A stretch of 64,000 nucleotides of DNA from Gemmatimonadota bacterium (GTDB lineage Bacteria > Gemmatimonadota > Gemmatimonadetes > Longimicrobiales > Longimicrobiaceae): assembly GCA_040905395.1 (NCBI GenBank), contig JBBDRR010000168.1:6102-70101 (forward strand), in the 5' to 3' direction. Positions 9,140 through 17,092 of the stretch are shown here, in pieces. How positions within the stretch are numbered: the first letter of the stretch is position 1; every line of letters begins with the position of its first letter. The notes under the pieces were generated by a model. That model was not told the origin of the DNA and made no database searches. It saw nothing but the letters and a program-made list of their open reading frames with translations. The translations under genes were made by a program, and so were the position numbers.

Positions 9140-10405
9140 ATGAGCCTGGATCTGTTCTCCTCCGCAGAGGAAGCTCGGCGGAGCATGCCGCCCCGAAGCG
9201 CACGATCTGCCGCCAACGATTCGCTCGCCGGCTCGCCGCTCGCCTCCCTGCGAGCCGCGGGCGCGCGGCCCGGTCAGGAGTGGTCCGTCTCCGAGGTGAA
9301 CACGGCAGCGAAGGAGCTCATCGAGGGTGTGTTCCCGCCGCTCTGGATCACGGGCGAGATCGCGAACTTCACCCGCGCCCGTTCGGGGCACTGCTACTTC
9401 ACACTTCGGGACGACAACTCACAGCTTCGCTGCGTCATGTGGCGTGACGAGGCACGGCGCCTGCCGACCGCTCCGGAGGAGGGGATGGCGGTCCGGGGGC
9501 TGGGGCGCCTGACGATCTACCCGTCGCGCGGCGAGTTCCAGCTCGTGGTGACAGAGCTCGAGGGGAAGGGAGATGGTCTGTGGAAGCTCGCTCTCGAGCG
9601 CCTGCGGCGGAAGCTCGAGGCGGAGGGGCTCACCGACCCCGCTCGGAAGCGACCGTTGCCCCGGCATCCCGCGGTGGTGGGGGTCGTGACTTCACCGAGC
9701 GGCGCCGTATTCCACGACATCGTCAACGTCGTCCGCCGCCGGGCTCCCTGGACCCGCGTGGTTCTGGCCGGCTGCCGGGTGCAGGGGGACGGTTCGGCCG
9801 CCGAAGTCGCCGCCGCGATCCGTCTGTTCGGCTCGCTCGAGCTCGCGGACGTGCTGATCGTCGGCCGGGGCGGCGGCTCCGTCGAGGACCTCTGGGCCTT
9901 CAACGAGGAGATCGTCGCGCGGGCCATCGCAGAGTCTCCGATCCCGGTGATCTCGGCCGTCGGACACGAGACCGACGTGACGATTGCGGACCTGGTCGCG
10001 GATCTCAGAGCACCCACGCCCTCGGCGGCCGCCGAATCCGCGGTCCCGGACCGGACGGAGCTCGCCCGGGGACTCCAGCGCGACGGCTGGCGTCTCAGGC
10101 AGGCGATCGCCGGCCGCCTGGGCCGGGCGCAGGATGAGGTAGAGTACGGCCGTGAACGACTTCAGGAGGTGGGCTCCCGGTTCACCGCAGACCGGCGCGA
10201 GCGGGTCCGTGTGGCCGCTCGACATCTCGAGGCCCTCTCTCCGCTCGCGGCGTTCGCCCGCGGCTTCGCAGTCCCTCTCTCCACCGATGGCCGGATCATG
10301 CGACGACCTGCCGACTTCACGCGGGGACGGGCGTTCGATCTGCGTCTCGCACAAGCAACCGTGCCATGCCGCGTGGCGGACGACGAGGAGGATAGACCCT
10401 CATGA
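9140..10405 (+). CDS. xseA: Exodeoxyribonuclease VII large subunit
   Basis: 421 aa with an OB-fold N-terminus (WITGEIANFTRARSGHCYFTLRD) and the GRGGGSVEDLWAFN motif. Confidence 0.93.
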   Translation: MSLDLFSSAEEARRSMPPRSARSAANDSLAGSPLASLRAAGARPGQEWSVSEVNTAAKELIEGVFPPLWITGEIANFTRARSGHCYFTLRDDNSQLRCVMWRDEARRLPTAPEEGMAVRGLGRLTIYPSRGEFQLVVTELEGKGDGLWKLALERLRRKLEAEGLTDPARKRPLPRHPAVVGVVTSPSGAVFHDIVNVVRRRAPWTRVVLAGCRVQGDGSAAEVAAAIRLFGSLELADVLIVGRGGGSVEDLWAFNEEIVARAIAESPIPVISAVGHETDVTIADLVADLRAPTPSAAAESAVPDRTELARGLQRDGWRLRQAIAGRLGRAQDEVEYGRERLQEVGSRFTADRRERVRVAARHLEALSPLAAFARGFAVPLSTDGRIMRRPADFTRGRAFDLRLAQATVPCRVADDEEDRPS

Positions 10406-10653
10406 GCGGAGTGGACGCCGAGGCCGGTTCCGAACGGCTGACCCTCGAAGCAGCTCTGAACCGACTCGAGGAGATCACGCGCTCCCTGGAGGCGGGCGAG
10501 ATCGAGCTGGACGATTCACTCACGCTGTACGAGGAGGGGATCCGACTGGTCCGCCTGGCAGAGGAGGCGATCAGAGCCGCCGAGCTGCGCATCGAGCGGC
10601 TGAACGCCGACGGGTCCCTCTCGGGCATCGAGGCGCCAGGGGAGGGGAGTTGA
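10402..10653 (+). CDS. xseB: Exodeoxyribonuclease VII small subunit
   Basis: 83 aa with LEEITRSLEAGEIELDDSLTLYEEG, typical of XseB. ATGA overlap with xseA. Confidence 0.9.
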   Translation: MSGVDAEAGSERLTLEAALNRLEEITRSLEAGEIELDDSLTLYEEGIRLVRLAEEAIRAAELRIERLNADGSLSGIEAPGEGS

Positions 10654-11585
10654 TTCAGGCGGAGGCCCCTGGGCCGGCGGCGCGGCTTCGGGATGAGCCC
10701 GGCTTCCTTAGTGGCCAGCGCCGGCGTGTGGACGCGGCGCTGGAAGCTCTGACGTCCGAGCACGGCCGCGGTATTCCGGAACATCTGCGCGAGCCGGTGG
10801 AATACGCGCTCTCGACGACCGGTAAGCGGTTGCGGCCGATCCTCTGCGTGCAGGCCTACATCGCGAGCGAGCTGCACACGAAAGTGCCGCCGGCGCTGTA
10901 CCGGCTCGCGTGCGCCCTCGAGATCGTCCACACGTATTCACTGGTGCACGATGATCTGCCGTGCATGGACGATGACGACCTGCGTCGTGGCCGACCCACG
11001 GTGCATCGGGTTTTCGGTCCGGTGCGAGCGACGCTGGCCGGCGCCGCGCTTCTGCCGATCGCCATGCAGGTCGTCTCGTCGGAGGGCGAGGCGCTCGGGC
11101 TGAGTCTCGAGGAACGCGCGAGGATGATCACCGAGCTGGCGCGCTCCGCCGGTGCGGCGGGGATGGTCGGCGGCCAGCTGATGGACCTGGCCGGAGAGCA
11201 GCGCGCGGTAAAGGCCATGGAGCTCGAGGCGATCCACCGGCGGAAAACCGGTGCGCTGCTGACCTGTTCCCTGCGCATCGGCGCGATCGCCGGGCGGGCG
11301 AGCGGCGACCTGTTGCATGCGATCACCGCCTACGGTGCCGCGCTCGGTCTCGCCTTCCAGATCGCCGACGATCTTCTGGACGTCGAGGGCGATTCCGCGG
11401 AGCTCGGCAAGACGGCCGGTCGCGACATCGCCCTGCGGAAGGCGTCGTACCCAGCGCTCTTCGGAGTGCAGGGGGCACGGGAGCTCGCCCGACAGAAGGT
11501 GGAAGAGGCGAAATCGGCTCTGGGCGCTCGCGAGCTCCCGGAGCTGCGGGCGCTTGCGGACTACGTCATCGAACGGGGCAAGTGA
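10650..11585 (+). CDS. ispA: Polyprenyl (farnesyl/geranylgeranyl) diphosphate synthase
   Basis: First and second aspartate-rich motifs (LVHDDLPCMDDDDLRRG, FQIADDLLD). The TTG start overlapping the xseB stop was chosen; the start is uncertain. Classic xseB-ispA-dxs order. Confidence 0.85.
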   Translation: MIQAEAPGPAARLRDEPGFLSGQRRRVDAALEALTSEHGRGIPEHLREPVEYALSTTGKRLRPILCVQAYIASELHTKVPPALYRLACALEIVHTYSLVHDDLPCMDDDDLRRGRPTVHRVFGPVRATLAGAALLPIAMQVVSSEGEALGLSLEERARMITELARSAGAAGMVGGQLMDLAGEQRAVKAMELEAIHRRKTGALLTCSLRIGAIAGRASGDLLHAITAYGAALGLAFQIADDLLDVEGDSAELGKTAGRDIALRKASYPALFGVQGARELARQKVEEAKSALGARELPELRALADYVIERGK

Positions 11586-12025
11586 TCGAGGAGTTCGTCG
11601 GATTCAATCCCCCGCTGGTGCTCGCCGTTATCGCGATGACGACGGTCCAGCTATTCAAGTTCTTCTTCGCCTGGCTCTGGCTGGGCAGGGCGGACTTTAC
11701 CCGGCTCGTCGGTACCGGCGGCATGCCTTCGGCGCACTCCGCGTCGGTGACGGCGCTTACGGTCACCGTTGGGCTCCAGGCGGGCTGGGGCTCGACGCTC
11801 TTCGGCGCCGTCGCCTTCTTCTCGCTCGTGATCATGTATGACGCGACGGGGATCAGGAGGGCGGCCGGGCGGCAGGCGCAGATCCTCAACCGCATGCTGG
11901 ACGAACTCAAGGACTATCATAAATTGGAGCCGGTGCGACTGAAGGAGCTTCTCGGGCATACGCCGCTGGAGGTGCTGCTCGGTGCCGCATACGGGCTCTT
12001 CATTGCAGTACTGCTCAACCAGTGA
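11582..12025 (+). CDS. Divergent PAP2 / DUF212 (acid phosphatase-vanadium haloperoxidase related) membrane protein
   Basis: 147 aa, hydrophobic, with GGMPSAHSASV and MYDATGIRR motifs. GTGA overlap with ispA. Confidence 0.8.
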   Translation: MIEEFVGFNPPLVLAVIAMTTVQLFKFFFAWLWLGRADFTRLVGTGGMPSAHSASVTALTVTVGLQAGWGSTLFGAVAFFSLVIMYDATGIRRAAGRQAQILNRMLDELKDYHKLEPVRLKELLGHTPLEVLLGAAYGLFIAVLLNQ

Positions 12026-12048
12026 GCTGAAGTCAGGAGGTACGGACG

Positions 12049-13971
12049 TTGTCCATTCTCGAGGGCGTGAACTCCCCGGCGGATCTGCGGGAGCTTCCGG
12101 AAGAGCGGCTGCCGGAGGTCGCAGCGGAGGTGCGGGAGCGGATCATAGACGTGGTCTCCACCCATAAAGGAGCCCACTTCGGCTCCAACCTCGGCACCGT
12201 GGAACTGACGGTGGCCCTGCACCGGGTGTTCGAAACCCCTCGCGACCTCCTGGTGTGGGACGTGGGGCATCAGGCGTATCCGCACAAGATCCTCACCGGC
12301 CGCAACGAACGGATGCCGACGATCCGCAAAAAGGGTGGTCTGTCGGGTTTCCTGAGCCGTCAGGAGTCGGAGTACGACACCTTCGGAGCCGGCCACGCGG
12401 CCACCTCGATCTCGGCGGCGTGTGGAATGGCGGCCGCGCGCGATCTGCTCGGCGACGACTACGAAGTCGTGGCCATCATCGGTGACGGCTCGATGACGTG
12501 CGGTCTCGCGTTCGAAGCGCTGAACAATGCGGGCGACACCGATCGCGACCTGGTCGTCGTGCTGAACGACAACCAGATGTCGATCTCGCCGAACGTCGGC
12601 GCCATGCACGCGCGCCTGACGAACGTTCGAACGCACCCGCTCTACAATCGGGTCCGTGAGGAGGTGAAGCGACTGATTCACTCCGCGCCTCGAATCGGGT
12701 CTCTCGGCGAGCTCGTCGAGCACTTCGCCGTGCGCGTCGATGACGCGGTCAAGGCGATGTTCGTTCCCGGGATGATCTTCGAAGAGCTCGGCTTCCGCTA
12801 CATCGGTCCCGTCGACGGGCATGACGTAGGGCAGCTCGTGGAGACGTTCGCCGACGTGCGGAAGATGACGGGCCCCCGTCTTGTGCACGTGGTGACCACG
12901 AAGGGGAAGGGCTTCGCGCCGGCGGAGGAGGACCAGGTGAAGTGGCACGCGCAGGGCAGCTTCGACAAGCTGACGGGGGCGTCCCTGAAGACGGTGTCCG
13001 CCGGATTGCCGCGCTACCAGGAAGTCTTCGGTCGTGGGCTCTCCGATCTGGGCGAGGAGTATCCGCAGCTCGTCACGATCACCGCGGCGATGGCGGAAGG
13101 GACCAGCACGAACATCTTCGCTCAGCGGTACCCGGAACGCTTCTTCGACGTGGGTATCGCGGAGGCCCACGCCGTCACCTTTGCCGCGGGAATGGCGACT
13201 CAGCGGATCAAGCCGCTCGTCGCCATCTACTCGACCTTCCTGCAGCGCGCGTACGATTCGATCGTTCACGATGTCGCGCTCCAGGGCCTCCCTGTGCTCT
13301 TCTGCATGGACCGGGCGGGCATCGCGGGGGACGACGGACCGACACATCACGGCGGCATCGACATCGCCTACATGCTCGCCGTTCCGGGAATGACGGTGAC
13401 GGCCCCGAAGGACGGGCGCGAGATGCTGGGGTTGCTGCGTACCGGGATCGAATGGCAGGAAGGACCGTTCTCCATCCGCTGGCCGCGCGACAGTGTCCCG
13501 GCCATGGTGGAGAGCGCGTTGGAGGTGCCGGCGGTCGAGTACGGCACGTGGGAAGTGCTGCGCGAAGGCGGACAGATCGCGCTTCTCGCGACGGGCACGA
13601 TGGTCCTGCCGGCGCTCGCTGCCGCGGCCGAGCTCTCGCGGGTCGGCATCGAGGCGACGGTCGTGAACTGCCGGTTCATCAAGCCGCTCGACGAAGCGTG
13701 CCTCGCACGCCTCTTCCCCGCGCACCTGCTCGCGCTGACGATCGAGGAGGGGACGGTGGCGAACGGCTTCGGCGCGTTCGTGCGGCGCCGGATCGGCGAG
13801 GAGTGGCCGGAAGTACGGGCGGCATCCATGGGGCTGCCGGATTCCTTCGTCGCGCACGGCGGGAGGGGCGAGCTTCTCGACGAGCTCGGTCTGACCCCAT
13901 CCGACATCGCGGAGCGTGCGGCCACGCTCGCGGGTAAGGCGCTGAAGCCCTCGCTCCGGGAAACCGCTTGA
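12049..13971 (+). CDS. dxs: 1-deoxy-D-xylulose-5-phosphate synthase
   Basis: 640 aa with a TTG start after AGGAGG. GHQAYPHKILTGR and IGDGSMTCG (ThDP motif) are present. Confidence 0.97.
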   Translation: MSILEGVNSPADLRELPEERLPEVAAEVRERIIDVVSTHKGAHFGSNLGTVELTVALHRVFETPRDLLVWDVGHQAYPHKILTGRNERMPTIRKKGGLSGFLSRQESEYDTFGAGHAATSISAACGMAAARDLLGDDYEVVAIIGDGSMTCGLAFEALNNAGDTDRDLVVVLNDNQMSISPNVGAMHARLTNVRTHPLYNRVREEVKRLIHSAPRIGSLGELVEHFAVRVDDAVKAMFVPGMIFEELGFRYIGPVDGHDVGQLVETFADVRKMTGPRLVHVVTTKGKGFAPAEEDQVKWHAQGSFDKLTGASLKTVSAGLPRYQEVFGRGLSDLGEEYPQLVTITAAMAEGTSTNIFAQRYPERFFDVGIAEAHAVTFAAGMATQRIKPLVAIYSTFLQRAYDSIVHDVALQGLPVLFCMDRAGIAGDDGPTHHGGIDIAYMLAVPGMTVTAPKDGREMLGLLRTGIEWQEGPFSIRWPRDSVPAMVESALEVPAVEYGTWEVLREGGQIALLATGTMVLPALAAAAELSRVGIEATVVNCRFIKPLDEACLARLFPAHLLALTIEEGTVANGFGAFVRRRIGEEWPEVRAASMGLPDSFVAHGGRGELLDELGLTPSDIAERAATLAGKALKPSLRETA

Positions 13972-14864
13972 CCGAGCTCTCTCCCGCAAAGTTGCCCCGC
14001 CGCGTCGGCCTCGTGGGCCACGCCCGCTACGCGTCGCTCGACGCGACGCTCGAGCGGGTCGTCGACTTCGGACGGGCGCACGAGATGGAGCTCTTCTTCG
14101 AGGACGAGCTCCTGCCGATGAGCTCTGGCGGGGAGCGATTGGCCGACGAGCTGCTTTCCACGCTCGATCTGCTCATCACCCTCGGCGGCGACGGCACGCT
14201 CCTGCGTGGCGCGCGACTCGTCGCGCCGCTCGGAATTCCCGTCCTCGGCATCAACCTGGGACGGCTCGGCTTCCTCACCTCGTTGAGCCGCGGCGAGCTC
14301 GCCAGCGGCCTCGATGATCTGGTGGCGGGTCGGACGATGCTGGACGAGCGGCTCGTCCTGAGAGTCGAAGCGCAGACCGTCGGCGGCGCGATACACGGCG
14401 AGTACCTCGCGCTGAACGACGTCGTCCTGCACCGCGGCGGTGTCGCGCGGATGATCAGGATGAAGGTGCACGCCCACAACGAAGAGGTCGGCACCTACAG
14501 CGCGGACGGTATCATCCTCGCCACTCCGACGGGGTCCACCGCCTACTCCCTTTCCGCTGGCGGCCCGATCGTACCTCCCTCGCTCGATTGCATCATCGCG
14601 ACCCCGATCTGCCCCCACACTCTCGCCGTCCGCCCGCTCATCCTCTCTTCGAGCGAGAAGATCACTGTCGAGGTCCTTTCGCCGAGCGAGCCGCTGATCC
14701 TGACGATCGACGGCCAGCAGGGGGCGAGCCTCATGCCCGGGGACCGGTTGATCGTCCAGCGCGCCAAGACTCCACTCCGCCTCGTGAGGTTCCCCGGCCA
14801 GACCTTCTTCTCGACCCTGCGCAGGAAGCTCGCGTGGGGCGACCTCGAAGAGCGGGAGCGGTAA
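13968..14864 (+). CDS. nadK: NAD(+) kinase
   Basis: 298 aa with GGDGTLL and TPTGSTAYSLSAGGPI motifs. TTGA overlap with dxs. Confidence 0.92.
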   Translation: MTELSPAKLPRRVGLVGHARYASLDATLERVVDFGRAHEMELFFEDELLPMSSGGERLADELLSTLDLLITLGGDGTLLRGARLVAPLGIPVLGINLGRLGFLTSLSRGELASGLDDLVAGRTMLDERLVLRVEAQTVGGAIHGEYLALNDVVLHRGGVARMIRMKVHAHNEEVGTYSADGIILATPTGSTAYSLSAGGPIVPPSLDCIIATPICPHTLAVRPLILSSSEKITVEVLSPSEPLILTIDGQQGASLMPGDRLIVQRAKTPLRLVRFPGQTFFSTLRRKLAWGDLEERER

Positions 14865-14871
14865 CTCTCCC

Positions 14872-16899
14872 TCACATCTCCTCCGTGCGAATTCCGCCGC
14901 TCGGGTCGTGCGTGACCCCCGCGCTCTCGGCCCGCGTGGCGACGAGGTAGAGGCTCAGCGTGAGCGCGAGGAAGGCCGCGAGAGAGACCGCGGGTGCGAA
15001 TGAGCCGGCCCACTCGGACCCTACGTTGACCGCCGCGAGAAGGTCGGGCGCGAAGGCGACGGGGATGGCGATCAGGACGCCGAGGAGCGCCGCCCCCGCG
15101 ATGAGACCCGAGGCGTAGAGGACCCCCGCCTCCCGCTTCTCCTGCAGCTCCTCACCCCGGAACCGCTTCTCCACCAGCCAGCGCACCACACCACCGGCGA
15201 AGATCGGCGTCGTGAGCCCCAGCGGCAGATAGAGGCCGACGGCGAAGGGTAGTGAGGGGACGCCGAGCAGCTCGACGACCACCGCGATGGCGATTCCGAC
15301 GAAGACGAGGGCCCAGGGCAACGACTGCGTCAACACGCCGTCGATGACCGTCGCCATGAGGGTCGCCTGCGGGGCCGCGAGGTCGGCGGAGCCGATCCCG
15401 TAGGAGGTGTGCAGGAGCTGGAGGACGAAGGCCATGGAGACCGCAGCGAACGGGATGCCGATCAGCTCGGCGACCTGCTGCTTCCACGGCGTGGCGCCGA
15501 TCAGAAAGCCGCACTTGAGATCCTGGGATGTATCGCCCGCCATCGCCGCCGAGATGCAGACGACGGCACCGACGAGGAGCACCGCGACGGGCGCCTGCGG
15601 GTCCGTTCGGCCCAGGGCGAGAAAGATGAGGGAGGTGACGAGGAGCGCGGCGATGGTCATGCCGGAGACCGGGTTCGACGACGACCCGATCAGGCCCACG
15701 ATGCGCGCCGAAACGGTCACGAAGAAGAAGGCGAAGAGCACCATCAGCATGGCGCCGATGAGCGTCACCTCGATGAAGGGAATCGCCCAGAGCAGGAGCG
15801 CCACGACGAGCGCCGCGAGGAGGACCGCTCGAAGCGGCAGGTCCAGATCGGTCCGCAGGACCGTCGTTGCGCCGTCGCCGACCCGCCGCAGTCCGACGCT
15901 GAGGCTCTCCCAGATGAGGGGCAGCGCCCTGAGCAGCGTGATTATGCCCCCGCCCGCGACGCCCCCAGCCCCGATGTACCGGACGTATCTATTCCAGATC
16001 GTTCCGGCGTCCATATCTCCGATGAGCTGCTCGGGTTCGGGAAAGACCGGTGTCTCGAGACCCGCACCGAAGAGATCGATGAGCGGGATCAGCCCGAACC
16101 ATGCCGTCAGGCCACCCGCGAGCATGATTCCGGCGATCTTCGGTCCGATGATGAAGCCGACGCCGAGCAGCTCCGGCGTGAGGTCGCCGGCGACCACCGT
16201 CTTCCGGAGCCCTGGCATCTGCGACTCGCCGAAGACGTGCGCCTCGGGGGACGTGGGCCAGAGTCCGACCCCGGATCCGTGCACGAGAGACTGGTAGAGC
16301 GCTCCGAGGCCCAGCCCGCCGAACACCAGTTTGGCCTTCGAACCGCCCGCTTCACCCGCCACCTGCACCTCGGCCGTCGCCGTCCCCTCCGGGAAGGGAA
16401 GTGCCCCGTGCTCACCGGACATCAGGAAGCGGCGCAGGGGGATCATGAAGAGCACGCCGAGAAGTGCGCCCAGGAAAGCGACCGTCGCGAGCACGTACCA
16501 CTCCGTATCGATCCCCCAGATGTACAGCGCCGGCAGCGTGAAGATGACCCCGGCGGCGAGGGACTCGCCCGCCGACCCGATCGTCTGCACGATGTTGGTC
16601 TCCAGGATCGTTCCGCGCCGGAAGACCCGGAAGATGGCGATCGCCATCACGGCCGCCGGTATGGAGGCGCTGACGGTCAGGCCTACGCGCAGCCCGAGGT
16701 AGGCATTGGCCGCACCGAAGACCACACCGAGGAGAATGCCGACCAGGATCGCCTTCGCGGTCAGCTCCGGGAGCGCCGACGATGCCGGCACGTAGGGCGG
16801 GTACTGGTCGCCCGGAATCGTTTCATAGGCCTCCGGGGGAAGGCCTCGTCGGGGCGACTGTGGGTCTGTGGGACGACGGGCGGTCGCGGTCGGCGGCAT
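14872..16899 (-). CDS. OPT-family oligopeptide transporter
   Basis: Polytopic membrane protein with the GALPFPEGTATAEV motif typical of the OPT superfamily. The start was moved to the internal MPPTATARR; the longer 745-aa ORF start at 17109 is possible. Confidence 0.85.
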   Translation of the reverse strand: MPPTATARRPTDPQSPRRGLPPEAYETIPGDQYPPYVPASSALPELTAKAILVGILLGVVFGAANAYLGLRVGLTVSASIPAAVMAIAIFRVFRRGTILETNIVQTIGSAGESLAAGVIFTLPALYIWGIDTEWYVLATVAFLGALLGVLFMIPLRRFLMSGEHGALPFPEGTATAEVQVAGEAGGSKAKLVFGGLGLGALYQSLVHGSGVGLWPTSPEAHVFGESQMPGLRKTVVAGDLTPELLGVGFIIGPKIAGIMLAGGLTAWFGLIPLIDLFGAGLETPVFPEPEQLIGDMDAGTIWNRYVRYIGAGGVAGGGIITLLRALPLIWESLSVGLRRVGDGATTVLRTDLDLPLRAVLLAALVVALLLWAIPFIEVTLIGAMLMVLFAFFFVTVSARIVGLIGSSSNPVSGMTIAALLVTSLIFLALGRTDPQAPVAVLLVGAVVCISAAMAGDTSQDLKCGFLIGATPWKQQVAELIGIPFAAVSMAFVLQLLHTSYGIGSADLAAPQATLMATVIDGVLTQSLPWALVFVGIAIAVVVELLGVPSLPFAVGLYLPLGLTTPIFAGGVVRWLVEKRFRGEELQEKREAGVLYASGLIAGAALLGVLIAIPVAFAPDLLAAVNVGSEWAGSFAPAVSLAAFLALTLSLYLVATRAESAGVTHDPSGGIRTEEM

Positions 16900-17058
16900 A
16901 GGGCGGTCTCCTGGTAGCGCTCGTTGCGCAGCAGCGTACCCGAGCCGCGCCCCGGCTGTCAAGGCGGCTTCGAGCGCTCTTGATCTCCATACCGGCAACT
17001 CGTAGCTTCGCTGAACTCCTTGTAATGAGCGAAGTTTGAGACTTCGGGTGGTAACTTC

Positions 17059-17073
17059 GGCGAAGACTTCGCC
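17059..17073. promoter_or_regulatory. Perfect 7-1-7 palindrome GGCGAAGaCTTCGCC inside a cluster of six CTTCG/CGAAG pentamers (17006-17071)
   Basis: Read directly from the sequence. It lies 20-35 nt upstream of the M14 peptidase ATG, in the divergent OPT/peptidase intergenic region. Function unknown. Confidence 0.3.
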
Positions 17074-17092
17074 TTCCTCTCTCGTCCTGCGA

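Noticed and set aside
10152-10649. The 5' part of the 477-aa ORF that ends as the polyprenyl synthase. Similar long extensions are 42717-43076 (phosphatase), 47773-48381 (MBL), 40935-41051 (rsmD), 41697-42218 (STAS) and 58853-59014 (miaB).
   Set aside because: The extensions overlap well-supported upstream genes in another frame and translate to Arg/Pro-rich junk. Conserved N-termini begin at the internal starts used.
11917-13989. 690-aa ORF on the minus strand, antisense to dxs. Similar cases are 6315-7619, 36166-37860, 42801-44576, 61841-63178 and many shorter ones.
   Set aside because: These are typical shadow ORFs of a high-GC genome. Their translations are Arg/Pro/Gly-rich and carry no motifs. 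They lie exactly antisense to genes with strong, motif-supported identities and proper GC3 bias.
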